A stretch of DNA of 32,000 nt. Source: Nitrosospira briensis C-128 (GTDB taxonomy: Bacteria > Pseudomonadota > Gammaproteobacteria > Burkholderiales > Nitrosomonadaceae). Position numbers and translations under genes: made by a program. Position 1 is the first letter of the stretch. Each line of letters begins with the position of its first letter. The stretch lies in assembly GCF_000619905.2 (NCBI RefSeq), contig NZ_CP012371.1, positions 2,841,942-2,873,941 on the forward strand, read 5' to 3'. Positions 10,836-18,520 of the stretch are shown piece by piece. The notes under the pieces are model-generated. The model was given only the letters and a program-made list of their open reading frames with translations. It did not search any database and was not told the DNA's origin.

Positions 10836-10850
10836 GAAATGATTCATTTC
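10836..10850. promoter_or_regulatory. Perfect 7-1-7 palindrome GAAATGA-T-TCATTTC upstream of the REC-GGDEF gene
   Basis: Read directly from the sequence. It lies about 150 nt upstream of the ATG at 10687, in the divergent region shared with the tRNA-fMet promoter. The binding factor is unknown. Confidence 0.25.
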
Positions 10851-11100
10851 GGAAAATATCGGCTTGTAGCGGATGGGAATTTAGGGAGAAATAGCGCGCA
10901 ATATAATACTGACTGACGCGGTGCTCCGGGTTGGGCTTGAGGGTTGCTTAATTCGAACGACCATATTTGGACATTTTTTTACCCTTAACGACATATAGGC
11001 CAAACTTTAGTAGCTTAAGTCAAGAAAAGAAAACTTTTTCGTAAAACCAGGCTATCTCCGGCGGTTCGCAGTCCAAGTTACGGATCAATAAGATTTGACC

Positions 11101-11129
11101 TTGCCTTACTATGGGTAGGTTGATATAAT
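11101..11129 (+). promoter_or_regulatory. Sigma-70-type promoter of the initiator tRNA
   Basis: -35 TTGCCT (11101..11106), a 17-nt spacer, and a perfect -10 TATAAT (11124..11129). The mature tRNA 5' end lies 14 nt downstream. Confidence 0.55.
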
Positions 11130-11142
11130 CGTATTCCTCTGA

Positions 11143-11219
<77 letters not shown>

Positions 11220-11233
11220 AAATCAAAGCGTTT

Positions 11234-11259
11234 AGCCCCAAACCCAAGCTGGGGCTTTG
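11234..11259 (+). terminator. Hairpin plus short T-run after the tRNA
   Basis: AGCCCCA (11234..11240), a 9-nt loop, TGGGGCT (11250..11256), then TTTGTGCTGT. Confidence 0.45.
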
Positions 11260-11819
11260 TGCTGTATGGCTCCCATGTGTGGAGCGATGCAGACTTCTCT
11301 GCAATCACTCATTGAGCAATCGCCAGAAAAGCCAAACCCCCCGTATGGCGGGGCGTCGCGTCTCCCCCAGGTTTCGGTTAAACAACCCTTTTCACGGCAT
11401 CCCTAAGGAAATCGGCTGCAAAAGCGTCTGGCCGGTTCATATTTCGCCGCTTTTTCAGCCGATAGAAAATTATTGTATTGGCGTTTCTCAAAAATCTGTC
11501 TTCACCCAGTTCGCTAATTCCCGTGCGGCTTAAGCAGGTATTTTGTGGGTGAACTATCGTGATTTTTCAGGGAGAGGTCCCGATATAGTGATAAAGAACT
11601 ATGTCTCCAACTTGAGACAGCTTTAATTGTTTTAGATTCAAACTATTGAAAATATTGGAAAAAAGTCCGTCATCAAACAACGACACAACTAATATGATTT
11701 TTTTCAAGTACCTGAGTTAAAAGAAAAAATAACGTGTTGCTTAACAACGACGAAATCCTGAGCTCCGCCTCTACGGCGAATCCTGCTCAAGTCTTTGTAT
11801 TTATTAACTCTTTTTTAAT

Positions 11820-11835
11820 TGGCATGGTAGATGCT
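11820..11835 (+). promoter_or_regulatory. Sigma-54 (-24/-12) type promoter upstream of the PEP-CTERM gene
   Basis: TGGCATGGTAGATGCT compared with the consensus TGGCACG-N4-TTGCW. GG (11821..11822) and GC (11833..11834) have the canonical spacing, and 13 of 16 positions fit. It sits 115 nt upstream of the ATG at 11951. Confidence 0.5.
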
Positions 11836-11950
11836 AAAGATGTAATTGACTCCCTTTCAAAATAAAACAGCTTTGCTGGGGATTCGAATTACCACGGCTT
11901 TACATGAGAATACCCGCCATATTAATAGCTTATCATCCCAGGAGAGAAAA

Positions 11951-12555
11951 ATGAATACAATGTCAAAAGCACTCATAGCCGCTTTGGTCCTTGGAGGTTC
12001 CATCTCTACCGCAACCGCAGGTGGTGTGATACAAATATTACGGCCACCGACACATCCGGGGGAACGTTTGACTCGGGTATTATTGGGGATCATACCTTGG
12101 ATCTTGCCAAGACCTTCAGCAGTATCAATCCAATCTCATTGACATTCACGGTTGCCCATGAGAATGGTACGGGGGGAAACCCCTACGCCGTGACCGAGGC
12201 GGTTACCAATAATACTGGACAGGCGTGGACAGACTTTCATTACAGTATTACCGAACCAAACCAGGGTAATGGCGTTGTATTTACTGCCCATAATCAGTCA
12301 ACGTTTGGTGACTTTACGCTCGATGGCTCAAGCGGTCCACGTAATCTTAACTTTACCGGGAATTTAGCGGCCGGCGGTGTGGCCGACGCGACCTTTAATA
12401 TAAGCCCGTTCGATCCCGGTGCCGGCAACACCTCCACCTTTACCCTGACACAAGTGCCAACCATTCCGGAACCGGAGACTTATGCCATGCTGGTAGCCGG
12501 ACTGCTGTTGATGGGCGGTATGGTAAAGCGTAGAAACAATAATAAGCAAAGTTAG
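11951..12555 (+). pseudogene. PEP-CTERM-anchored secreted protein, split by a frameshift near 12026..12028
   Basis: GGAGAG is followed by ATG 11951, encoding the signal peptide MNTMSKALIAALVLGGSISTATA in frame 2; this frame then reads nonsense and stops at 12142. Frame 1 is open from 11929. From about 12028 it reads DTNITATDTSGGTFDSGIIGDHTLDLAKTF... and ends with a canonical PEP-CTERM sorting signal, VPTIPEPETYAMLVAGLLLMGGMVKRRNNN. Frame 1 has no start codon before the TTG at 12097, so the mature domain lacks its own signal peptide. Confidence 0.7.
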
Positions 12556-12584
12556 CTGATTGATATCAGGTAAGTCGCATGGAC

Positions 12585-12615
12585 AAACCCCGCCTGATCG
12601 GCGGGGTTTGTTTTT
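12585..12615 (+). terminator. Rho-independent terminator of the PEP-CTERM gene
   Basis: AAACCCCGCC (12585..12594), loop TGATC, GGCGGGGTTT (12600..12609), then G-TTTTT. Confidence 0.85.
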
Positions 12616-12785
12616 GGTGCCGGTTTTTCGAAGAATATGAGCTATATGGGCAGGAATGCTTTCTTTATAGTTCCAGCTCAACAAGACTCGCTGGGGCCAT
12701 TCAAGCCGATTGTTCGTTTATCCCCTTCAGTGCAACTATCGTAATATGCGCAAGACTGCAGTGAAATACCCTCGACGTGATTAGG

Positions 12786-12813
12786 GGAACTAAACTGTAG
12801 AGGCTGAGTCCAA
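12786..12813 (+). promoter_or_regulatory. Candidate extracytoplasmic-stress (sigma-E/RpoE-type) promoter far upstream of amoC
   Basis: GGAACTA-N16-TCCAA compared with the E. coli-type consensus GGAACTT-N16-TCAAA. It would give a leader of about 370 nt before the amoC ATG at 13188. This is a pattern match only. Confidence 0.3.
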
Positions 12814-12816
12814 CAA

Positions 12817-13133
12817 GGACTGGTAGATCCTTTGGGAAACAGGAAGTTCTTGATTGTTTGAAACAGGAGTTTGCGAATGCTTACATCATCGTTTGAAATC
12901 ATTACTTTACAGAAGAAAGCGGATTATTCGATCGTTATAAGCAGCACGCTGCGAACTATCGAGAATTACATTTGTCTAATTTGGACTGGTAGTTTAAATA
13001 TTTTTTTAAAGGAGCTTGCAATGGTTACGATGGCATCAAGCGAAACCTTGGTCGCTGCGGAAAATACCTTGGAACCATATTGAAATTTATTCAGTCCAAG
13101 CAAAACTGGTAGTTTTTGTTTTTAATTTGGACT
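12817..13133 (+). repeat. Dispersed short direct repeats in the amoC leader (ACTGGTAG x3, TAATTTGGACT x2)
   Basis: The copies are GGACTGGTAG at 12817..12826, TAATTTGGACTGGTAGTTT at 12977..12995, ACTGGTAGTTT at 13105..13115 and TAATTTGGACT at 13123..13133. All were read directly from the sequence. Confidence 0.6.
13021..13083 (+). CDS. Hypothetical 20-codon mini-ORF with a strong SD in the amoC leader
   Basis: AAGGAG (13009..13014), 6 nt, then ATG 13021. The peptide is MVTMASSETLVAAENTLEPY, with a stop at 13081..13083. I recognise no homology. It is the in-frame tail of track ORF 12871..13083. Confidence 0.2.
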   Translation: MVTMASSETLVAAENTLEPY

Positions 13134-13187
13134 CCCCGCGTTTCTGGTCCGGAAATTCTTAATTAACTTACAAAATAGGAGTTGGTA

Positions 13188-14006
13188 ATGTCTACAACTA
13201 CGCCAGAAAAATTAGTTACACATCAAACGAAGGTGAGCAGTGCTCGCTACGATATGTCTGAGTGGTACGACTCCAAGTATTACAAAATGGGCCTTTTGCC
13301 TATACTGGGGATTGCCATTTTCTGGGTCTGGTTCCAACGCACTTATGCCTACTCGCATGGGATGGACTCGATGGAACCGGAGTTCGAGCAAATCTGGATG
13401 GGACTATGGCGTTTTCAAATGATGCTGTGGCCGGTCGTAGCGCTTGTTGTCTGGGGTTGGATATGGAAGACGCGTGATAGCGAGGCGCAACTGGCCAGCC
13501 TAACGGTGAAACAGGAAATAAAGCGCTATTTTTATTTCCTCATGTGGCTCGGCGTATATCTGTTCGCTGTTTATTTCGGGTCAAGTTTCTTCACCGAGCA
13601 AGACGCCTCATGGCATCAGGTGATCATTCGCGATACGAGCTTCACGCCCAGCCATATCCCGCTTTTTTATGGCTCATTTCCGATGTACATCATCATGGGG
13701 ATAGCGACTTACCTGTACGCAAATACGCGGTTGCCTCTCTACAACAAGGGAACTTCGTTTCCTTTGGTAATGGCTATCAGCGGACCGGTGATGAGTCTGC
13801 CGAACGTGGGTCTTAACGAGTGGGGTCATGCCTTCTGGTTCATGGAAGAACTCTTCAGTGCGCCGTTGCATTGGGGTTTCGTAGTCTTGGCATGGGCAGC
13901 GCTGTTTGCTGGTGGCCTTGCTGTGCAGATCATCGCACGCTTCTCAAACCTTCTGGATGTGCAATGGAATAGTCAAAGCAGATCCATTCTGGATAACGTT
14001 GTTTAA
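13188..14006 (+). CDS. amoC: Ammonia monooxygenase subunit C, singleton (orphan) copy
   Basis: The protein matches betaproteobacterial AmoC essentially end to end: [107 protein letters not shown] prefer the ATG at 13188 (AGGAG at 13177..13181, 6-nt spacer) over the track's TTG at 13182. No amoA or amoB lies anywhere in the window. Confidence 0.95.
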   Translation: MSTTTPEKLVTHQTKVSSARYDMSEWYDSKYYKMGLLPILGIAIFWVWFQRTYAYSHGMDSMEPEFEQIWMGLWRFQMMLWPVVALVVWGWIWKTRDSEAQLASLTVKQEIKRYFYFLMWLGVYLFAVYFGSSFFTEQDASWHQVIIRDTSFTPSHIPLFYGSFPMYIIMGIATYLYANTRLPLYNKGTSFPLVMAISGPVMSLPNVGLNEWGHAFWFMEELFSAPLHWGFVVLAWAALFAGGLAVQIIARFSNLLDVQWNSQSRSILDNVV

Positions 14007-14027
14007 ATCTGTACTGTAGCTTTACCG

Positions 14028-14064
14028 CTCCGCCCTCTGCGTTTCGTAGAGGGCGGAGTTCTTT
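14028..14064 (+). terminator. Strong rho-independent terminator of amoC
   Basis: CTCCGCCCTCT (14028..14038), a 9-nt loop, AGAGGGCGGAG (14048..14058), then TTCTTT. The stem is 11 bp and perfect. Confidence 0.88.
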
Positions 14065-14348
14065 GCGCCGTATGGCCCGCCGATGCTGTGCTGTCAGTCT
14101 CATCAAATTCATCGTAGGGCCGCGTCCTGACTGTATTTTCACACCATGCAATGGTGGAAAATTTTTCCGGTCTGTTCTGTCAGACTCGTCAGCATACGTA
14201 GAATTATTTGTCTCAATATCAATTCCCATCGGAACGCGAGCTTGGTTGGTTATTGTGCCGGTAGACGCAAGACGTAACTCAGTGCACAATAGTACAATTG
14301 ATGGATAGCGTAGCGTTGTGAATCCTCACTATTGAATTCCAGCTTTAT

Positions 14349-14448
14349 GGCGGGCCTCCCCGCATTGCATAGTAGTGAATCTGGTCAGGTCCGGAAGGAA
14401 GCAGCCACAGCTATTTTCTGCAAGTGCCGGGGGTTAGGCTCGCCACCC
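14349..14448 (+). ncRNA. ffs: Signal recognition particle RNA (4.5S-type, small bacterial SRP RNA)
   Basis: It contains the universally conserved domain-IV core GGTCAGGTCCGGAAGGAAGCAGCC. The 5' GGCGGGCCT pairs with the 3' AGGCTCGCC (one G-U). It ends ...CACCC followed by TTTTTTG, like E. coli 4.5S RNA. Its position directly upstream of dnaX-ybaB-recR is a widely conserved arrangement. The ends are accurate to a few nt. Confidence 0.9.
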
Positions 14449-14571
14449 TTTTTTGTTTGCACAGGTGGAGGGAACGAGCGTCGAGCCGATTTCCCTTCAC
14501 CGTGTTGTAAACAGAAAAGTCCCCAATTCTTTCCGCTCTATAACCAGCCTAAATAGTCATCTCTCGATATC

Positions 14572-16200
14572 ATGTCCCAGACTCAGGTTCTTGCCCGCAA
14601 ATGGCGACCGAAGAACTTTTCCGAGCTGACCGGGCAGGATCACGTGGTCAGGGCGCTTACCAACGCGCTTGAGCAAAAACGCTTGCATCATGCCTATCTG
14701 TTTACAGGAACCCGAGGTATCGGCAAGACTACTATCGCACGTATTTTAGCCAAGGCGCTCAACTGCCAGACAGGCGTCTCGTCGACGCCTTGCGGCGTAT
14801 GTTCCGCCTGCACCGAGATTGATGGCGGGCGCTTCATCGATCTGATTGAAATGGATGCGGCCTCCAATACGCAAGTCGAAAAGATGCGCGAACTGCTGGA
14901 GAACGCACTTTACGCCCCTACGGTGGCTCGCTACAAGGTTTACATTATTGACGAAGTACACATGCTCTCCAAATCGGCTTTCAATGCCATGCTGAAGACG
15001 CTGGAAGAACCGCCGGAGCACGTCAAGTTCATACTCGCCACTACCGACCCCCAGAAGATTCCTGTAACGGTTCTGTCTCGTTGCCTGCAATTCAACCTGA
15101 AGCAGATTCCGCTGCCGCTGATCGCTGTGCATCTCAAGCATGTGCTTGAGCAGGAGCATATAAGCTGCGATGAAACGTCGTTACAATTGCTTGCGCGTTC
15201 GGCGCAGGGCAGCATGCGTGACGCCTTGAGCATACTGGATCAGGCGATTGCTTTTGGCGAAGGGAAGATCGAAGAAGCCGGAGTGCGCGACATGCTCGGC
15301 GCTATTGACCAGCGTTATCTTTATGACTTGCTGGATGCATTGTCGCAAAAAGACGGAGCAAAGATGCTGGCGATAGCCGATGCGATGGAAACCCGCAGCC
15401 TGTCGCTTGACACCGCGCTGCAGGATATGGCAACGCTGCTGCACCGTCTTGCGCTGGCGCAAATCGTGCCGTCGGCTATCGGCGAGGATGCACCGGAGCG
15501 CGAACAAATTTTCGCGCTGGCCAAAGTCTTTTTGCCGGAAGATATTCAGTTGTTTTATCAGATTGCCATAAATGGCCGTGACGACCTGAGCCGGGCACCG
15601 GATGAGTACGCCGGCTTCACCATGACGCTGATGCGAATGCTAGCTTTCATACCCGACGATATGACAGCGGCTTCAGTGGGAGGCCAGGACAAAACTGCAG
15701 CCAAAGCTGAGGTAAAAGCCCAAAGTAGCGGTACCGGTGCGGAAACTAAACGCCCATTGCCGTCAATTACCGTCGAAACAGCGGTTATCAAGCCGGATCT
15801 TGATATAAGCTCAAGCGCATTCAGCGATGGCTGGAGAGTGATGGTAAATCAGTTAAAGCTGAGCGGTTTAGCTAAAATGCTGGCCCAGCACTGCGAAGTG
15901 AAGAATGTTTCGCCGAACGAAATCGAATTCTGCGTGCTCGAAACGCATAAACACCTGCTTGATAAGGCTTACCAGGAAAGGATGCAAACTGCTCTGAGGG
16001 AGCATTTGGAAAAGCCGGTCCGGCTGAAGTTTTCCATAGGAACGATCACCGGCTTGACACCCGCGGAACTTGGTAATCGTGAAAAGCAGGAGAAGCAATC
16101 GCAGGCCGTTGCAGCTATCGAGTCCGACCCGTTTGTACGGGAACTGGTGGAGCATTTCGATGCAAAACTGATCGTTTCTTCGATCAAACCTATTCAATAG
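14572..16200 (+). CDS. dnaX: DNA polymerase III subunit tau (gamma/tau)
   Basis: 542 aa with Walker A GTRGIGKTT, the zinc module CQTGVSSTPCGVCSAC, the DEVHML box and the SRC motif (VLSRC). Confidence 0.97.
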   Translation: MSQTQVLARKWRPKNFSELTGQDHVVRALTNALEQKRLHHAYLFTGTRGIGKTTIARILAKALNCQTGVSSTPCGVCSACTEIDGGRFIDLIEMDAASNTQVEKMRELLENALYAPTVARYKVYIIDEVHMLSKSAFNAMLKTLEEPPEHVKFILATTDPQKIPVTVLSRCLQFNLKQIPLPLIAVHLKHVLEQEHISCDETSLQLLARSAQGSMRDALSILDQAIAFGEGKIEEAGVRDMLGAIDQRYLYDLLDALSQKDGAKMLAIADAMETRSLSLDTALQDMATLLHRLALAQIVPSAIGEDAPEREQIFALAKVFLPEDIQLFYQIAINGRDDLSRAPDEYAGFTMTLMRMLAFIPDDMTAASVGGQDKTAAKAEVKAQSSGTGAETKRPLPSITVETAVIKPDLDISSSAFSDGWRVMVNQLKLSGLAKMLAQHCEVKNVSPNEIEFCVLETHKHLLDKAYQERMQTALREHLEKPVRLKFSIGTITGLTPAELGNREKQEKQSQAVAAIESDPFVRELVEHFDAKLIVSSIKPIQ

Positions 16201-16212
16201 CGGAGGTAAAAA

Positions 16213-16539
16213 ATGATGAAAGGCGGCTTGGGCAATCTGATGAAACAGGCTCAGCAGATGCAGGAGAACATGAAAAACATGCAGGAGAAATTGGCTTCGA
16301 TAGAAGTCGAAGGCCAATCCGGCGCGGGCATGGTCAAGGTGGTAATGACCTGTCGTTATGATGTGAAGCGGGTCAATATCGACAGCAGCCTCATCGGTGA
16401 CGATAAGGATATGCTGGAAGACCTGATTGCTGCTGCGGTAAACGATGCTGTGCGACGAGTGGAATCCACCACTCAGGAAAAAATGGCTGGTTTCACCTCC
16501 GGACTGCCGCTGCCGCCGGGGATGAAGCTACCATTTTAG
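16213..16539 (+). CDS. ybaB: Nucleoid-associated protein YbaB/EbfC
   Basis: 108 aa, beginning [20 protein letters not shown]..., with GGAGG upstream. It sits in the conserved position between dnaX and recR. Confidence 0.93.
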   Translation: MMKGGLGNLMKQAQQMQENMKNMQEKLASIEVEGQSGAGMVKVVMTCRYDVKRVNIDSSLIGDDKDMLEDLIAAAVNDAVRRVESTTQEKMAGFTSGLPLPPGMKLPF

Positions 16540-16645
16540 CTTTATACCGAAAATACGTGACTGTGACTGACGGATTGATTCGTTATGTCGACTTACTTCC
16601 ATAGGTTCTATGTTTTTTTTTGGAGCTTTTTACCATTTCTCCTAA

Positions 16646-17242
16646 GTGAAAACGCCAACCAGCCTCGAGGACCTGATCGACGCCTTGCGCTGTCTTCCCG
16701 GGGTAGGCCCTCGGTCAGCACAGCGCATGGCTTATCACTTGTTGCAACGCGATCATGAGGGTGCGCGGCGCCTCGCCGGTTCGCTCGATTATGCGTTGCA
16801 ACATATCAGGCATTGTGAGAAATGCAATAACTTCACAGAAGAAGTGATATGCGAATTATGCCGTTCTCAGCGGCGCGACGCCGCATTGCTATGCGTGGTC
16901 GAAATGCCTGCCGATCTGCTGATGATGGAGCAGGCGCACTGCTACAAAGGCCTGTATTTTGTACTGATGGGGAGGCTTTCGCCATTGGATGGCATCGGAC
17001 CCAAGGAGATTCATCTTGATCGGCTGCTGAGGCGGACTCAGGATGGCGTAGTGCGGGAAGTTGTGCTGGCCACCAATTTCACGGTGGAAGGGGAGGCGAC
17101 CGCTCATTATATTAGCGAACTGCTGCATAACAAAGATCTGAAGGTCACACGTATTGCACGCGGGTTGCCGGTTGGCGGCGAGTTGGAACACGTGGATAGC
17201 GGTACGCTGGCGCAAGCAGTGATTGAGCGTAGAGAGATCTAG
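16646..17242 (+). CDS. recR: Recombination protein RecR
   Basis: 198 aa with the HhH motif [17 protein letters not shown], the C4 zinc finger [16 protein letters not shown], and a Toprim region. GTG start. Confidence 0.95.
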   Translation: MKTPTSLEDLIDALRCLPGVGPRSAQRMAYHLLQRDHEGARRLAGSLDYALQHIRHCEKCNNFTEEVICELCRSQRRDAALLCVVEMPADLLMMEQAHCYKGLYFVLMGRLSPLDGIGPKEIHLDRLLRRTQDGVVREVVLATNFTVEGEATAHYISELLHNKDLKVTRIARGLPVGGELEHVDSGTLAQAVIERREI

Positions 17243-17493
17243 TTTCGGCAAGAAAACATCCAGGATTGTTATTTCAGGTTTGACCTGGGAGTCCTGGTCC
17301 AAGCAGGTAAGGGTGCGTTACCCGTTAATGGTTGTGCCGCAATGCTGTTTTCACCGATCTGCCCCGCTGCTGTCAACATAATCGTAAGGCTATAAAGTAA
17401 AGTGAAATAATGGAATGACGCCCTCTTCCCCAATGGCATCCAAGTGCCGAAGTGTAAGTCGTGATAGACCACAAACAGAAAGTTGAGACCAAG

Positions 17494-18369
17494 ATGACAG
17501 CCAGGTTGCCGAAGCCGCCAAAATCGTCCAGGCCGTCGAGATCGCCGGCGCACAGCCCGCTCAGGCCGGCAAAGAAAAAAATAGCTGCGACGGTAGCGGG
17601 GGTTGAACCGATTTCTGCCTCGGCACCGCCCATCACGCAAAAACTGCATAAGTTGCTGGCGCAGGCAGGGTTGGGATCAAGGCGTGAAATGGAGGAGTTG
17701 ATCGCTGCCGGGCAGACCACCATCAATGGAAAGGTCGCGACTATCGGCGACCGCGCGGGGCCTGAGGATATTGTTCGGGTGGGCAAGCGCGTGATTCATC
17801 TCAAGTCCCCTGAACGGTTGCCCCGAGTCATGCTTTATCACAAGCCGGAAGGGGAGATAGTCAGTCGCGACGATCCACAAGGCCGCCCATCAGTCTTCGA
17901 AAAACTGCCGCAAATGCGGTCTTCCAAATGGATAGCCATTGGCAGGCTGGATTACAACACCAGCGGGCTGCTGATCTTTACGACAGATGGCGAATTGGCT
18001 AATCGTTTGATGCATCCGCGCTTTGAAGTCGAGCGCGAGTATGCGGTGCGGATCATGGGGCGCCTGACGCCTGAAGTAACGGAACTGCTGACCACGGGCG
18101 TTGAGTTGGAAGATGGTCTGGCAAAATTCGAACATTTGTCGGATCAAGGCGGAGAGGGTTCCAACCACTGGTATCGCGTGATATTGAAGGAAGGCAGGAA
18201 TCGCGAAGTGCGCCGTATGTTCGAGAAAGTGGGGATGACAGTGAGCCGCCTGATGCGCGTACGTTTTGGTCCAATTAACCTGCCGCCGCGTCTGAAGCGA
18301 GGAAAATGGATCGAGCTGGATGAGGTGGAAATAAAGCGTCTGCTGGAGCTGGTGGCTATCAGCCAATAA
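17494..18369 (+). CDS. rluB: 23S rRNA pseudouridine synthase RluB (RsuA/RluB family)
   Basis: It has an S4 domain (LHKLLAQAGLGSRREMEELI), the catalytic motif GRLDYNTSGLL and a basic N-terminal extension. The start is either the ATG at 17494 (chosen) or the track's GTG at 17461. Confidence 0.88.
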   Translation: MTARLPKPPKSSRPSRSPAHSPLRPAKKKIAATVAGVEPISASAPPITQKLHKLLAQAGLGSRREMEELIAAGQTTINGKVATIGDRAGPEDIVRVGKRVIHLKSPERLPRVMLYHKPEGEIVSRDDPQGRPSVFEKLPQMRSSKWIAIGRLDYNTSGLLIFTTDGELANRLMHPRFEVEREYAVRIMGRLTPEVTELLTTGVELEDGLAKFEHLSDQGGEGSNHWYRVILKEGRNREVRRMFEKVGMTVSRLMRVRFGPINLPPRLKRGKWIELDEVEIKRLLELVAISQ

Positions 18370-18520
18370 GGAAACAGCACCTCACCTCATCATTTACGGT
18401 CCATCCGGAGTCCGCTACAAAATATCGTAATATGGAAATATAGGAAACATGGGCGTTGGTGATCACCCCAACCGTACTTGCGGTGTATGTAAACCACCGT
18501 TCAACGCAACCCCAGGGTAA

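Noticed and set aside
11279-11533. 84-aa + strand ORF after the tRNA
   Set aside because: It has a GTG start without an SD, begins 60 nt after the tRNA inside its terminator region, and has no recognisable features. I also translated the opposite strand looking for an integrase remnant (...RNANTIIFYRLKKRRNMNRPDAFAADFLRDAVKRVV*) and found no convincing tyrosine-recombinase motif.
13930-14308. ORFs of 119 aa (-) and 81 aa (+) in the amoC-ffs spacer
   Set aside because: The minus ORF runs through the amoC terminator and into the amoC coding region. Neither has an SD or any motif I recognise. I leave the roughly 280-bp spacer (14065..14348) unassigned; it presumably holds the ffs promoter, which I could not pin down convincingly.
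14332-14556. 74-aa + strand ORF
   Set aside because: It overlaps the SRP RNA gene, and the conserved GGTCAGGTCCGGAAGGAAGCAGCC core lies inside it. The ORF is an artefact of the RNA gene and its downstream spacer.
15346-15352. CAAAAAG run in dnaX as a possible tau/gamma -1 frameshift site
   Set aside because: It is not an X-XXY-YYZ heptamer in the dnaX frame (tcg-caa-aaa-gac). It lies at codon 258, far upstream of where gamma ends in E. coli, and no downstream stem-loop is evident. I found no A-rich slippery site after domain III either.
16600-16622. CATAG-GTT-CTATG hairpin followed by a T-run between ybaB and recR
   Set aside because: A 5-bp AT-rich stem is too weak to call a terminator, and recR is normally co-transcribed with ybaB.
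17269-17880. Several - strand ORFs (126, 137 and 67 aa) between recR and within the rluB 5' region
   Set aside because: They overlap the basic N-terminal extension of rluB in antisense, have Arg/Pro-rich nonsense-like composition and carry no start signals.
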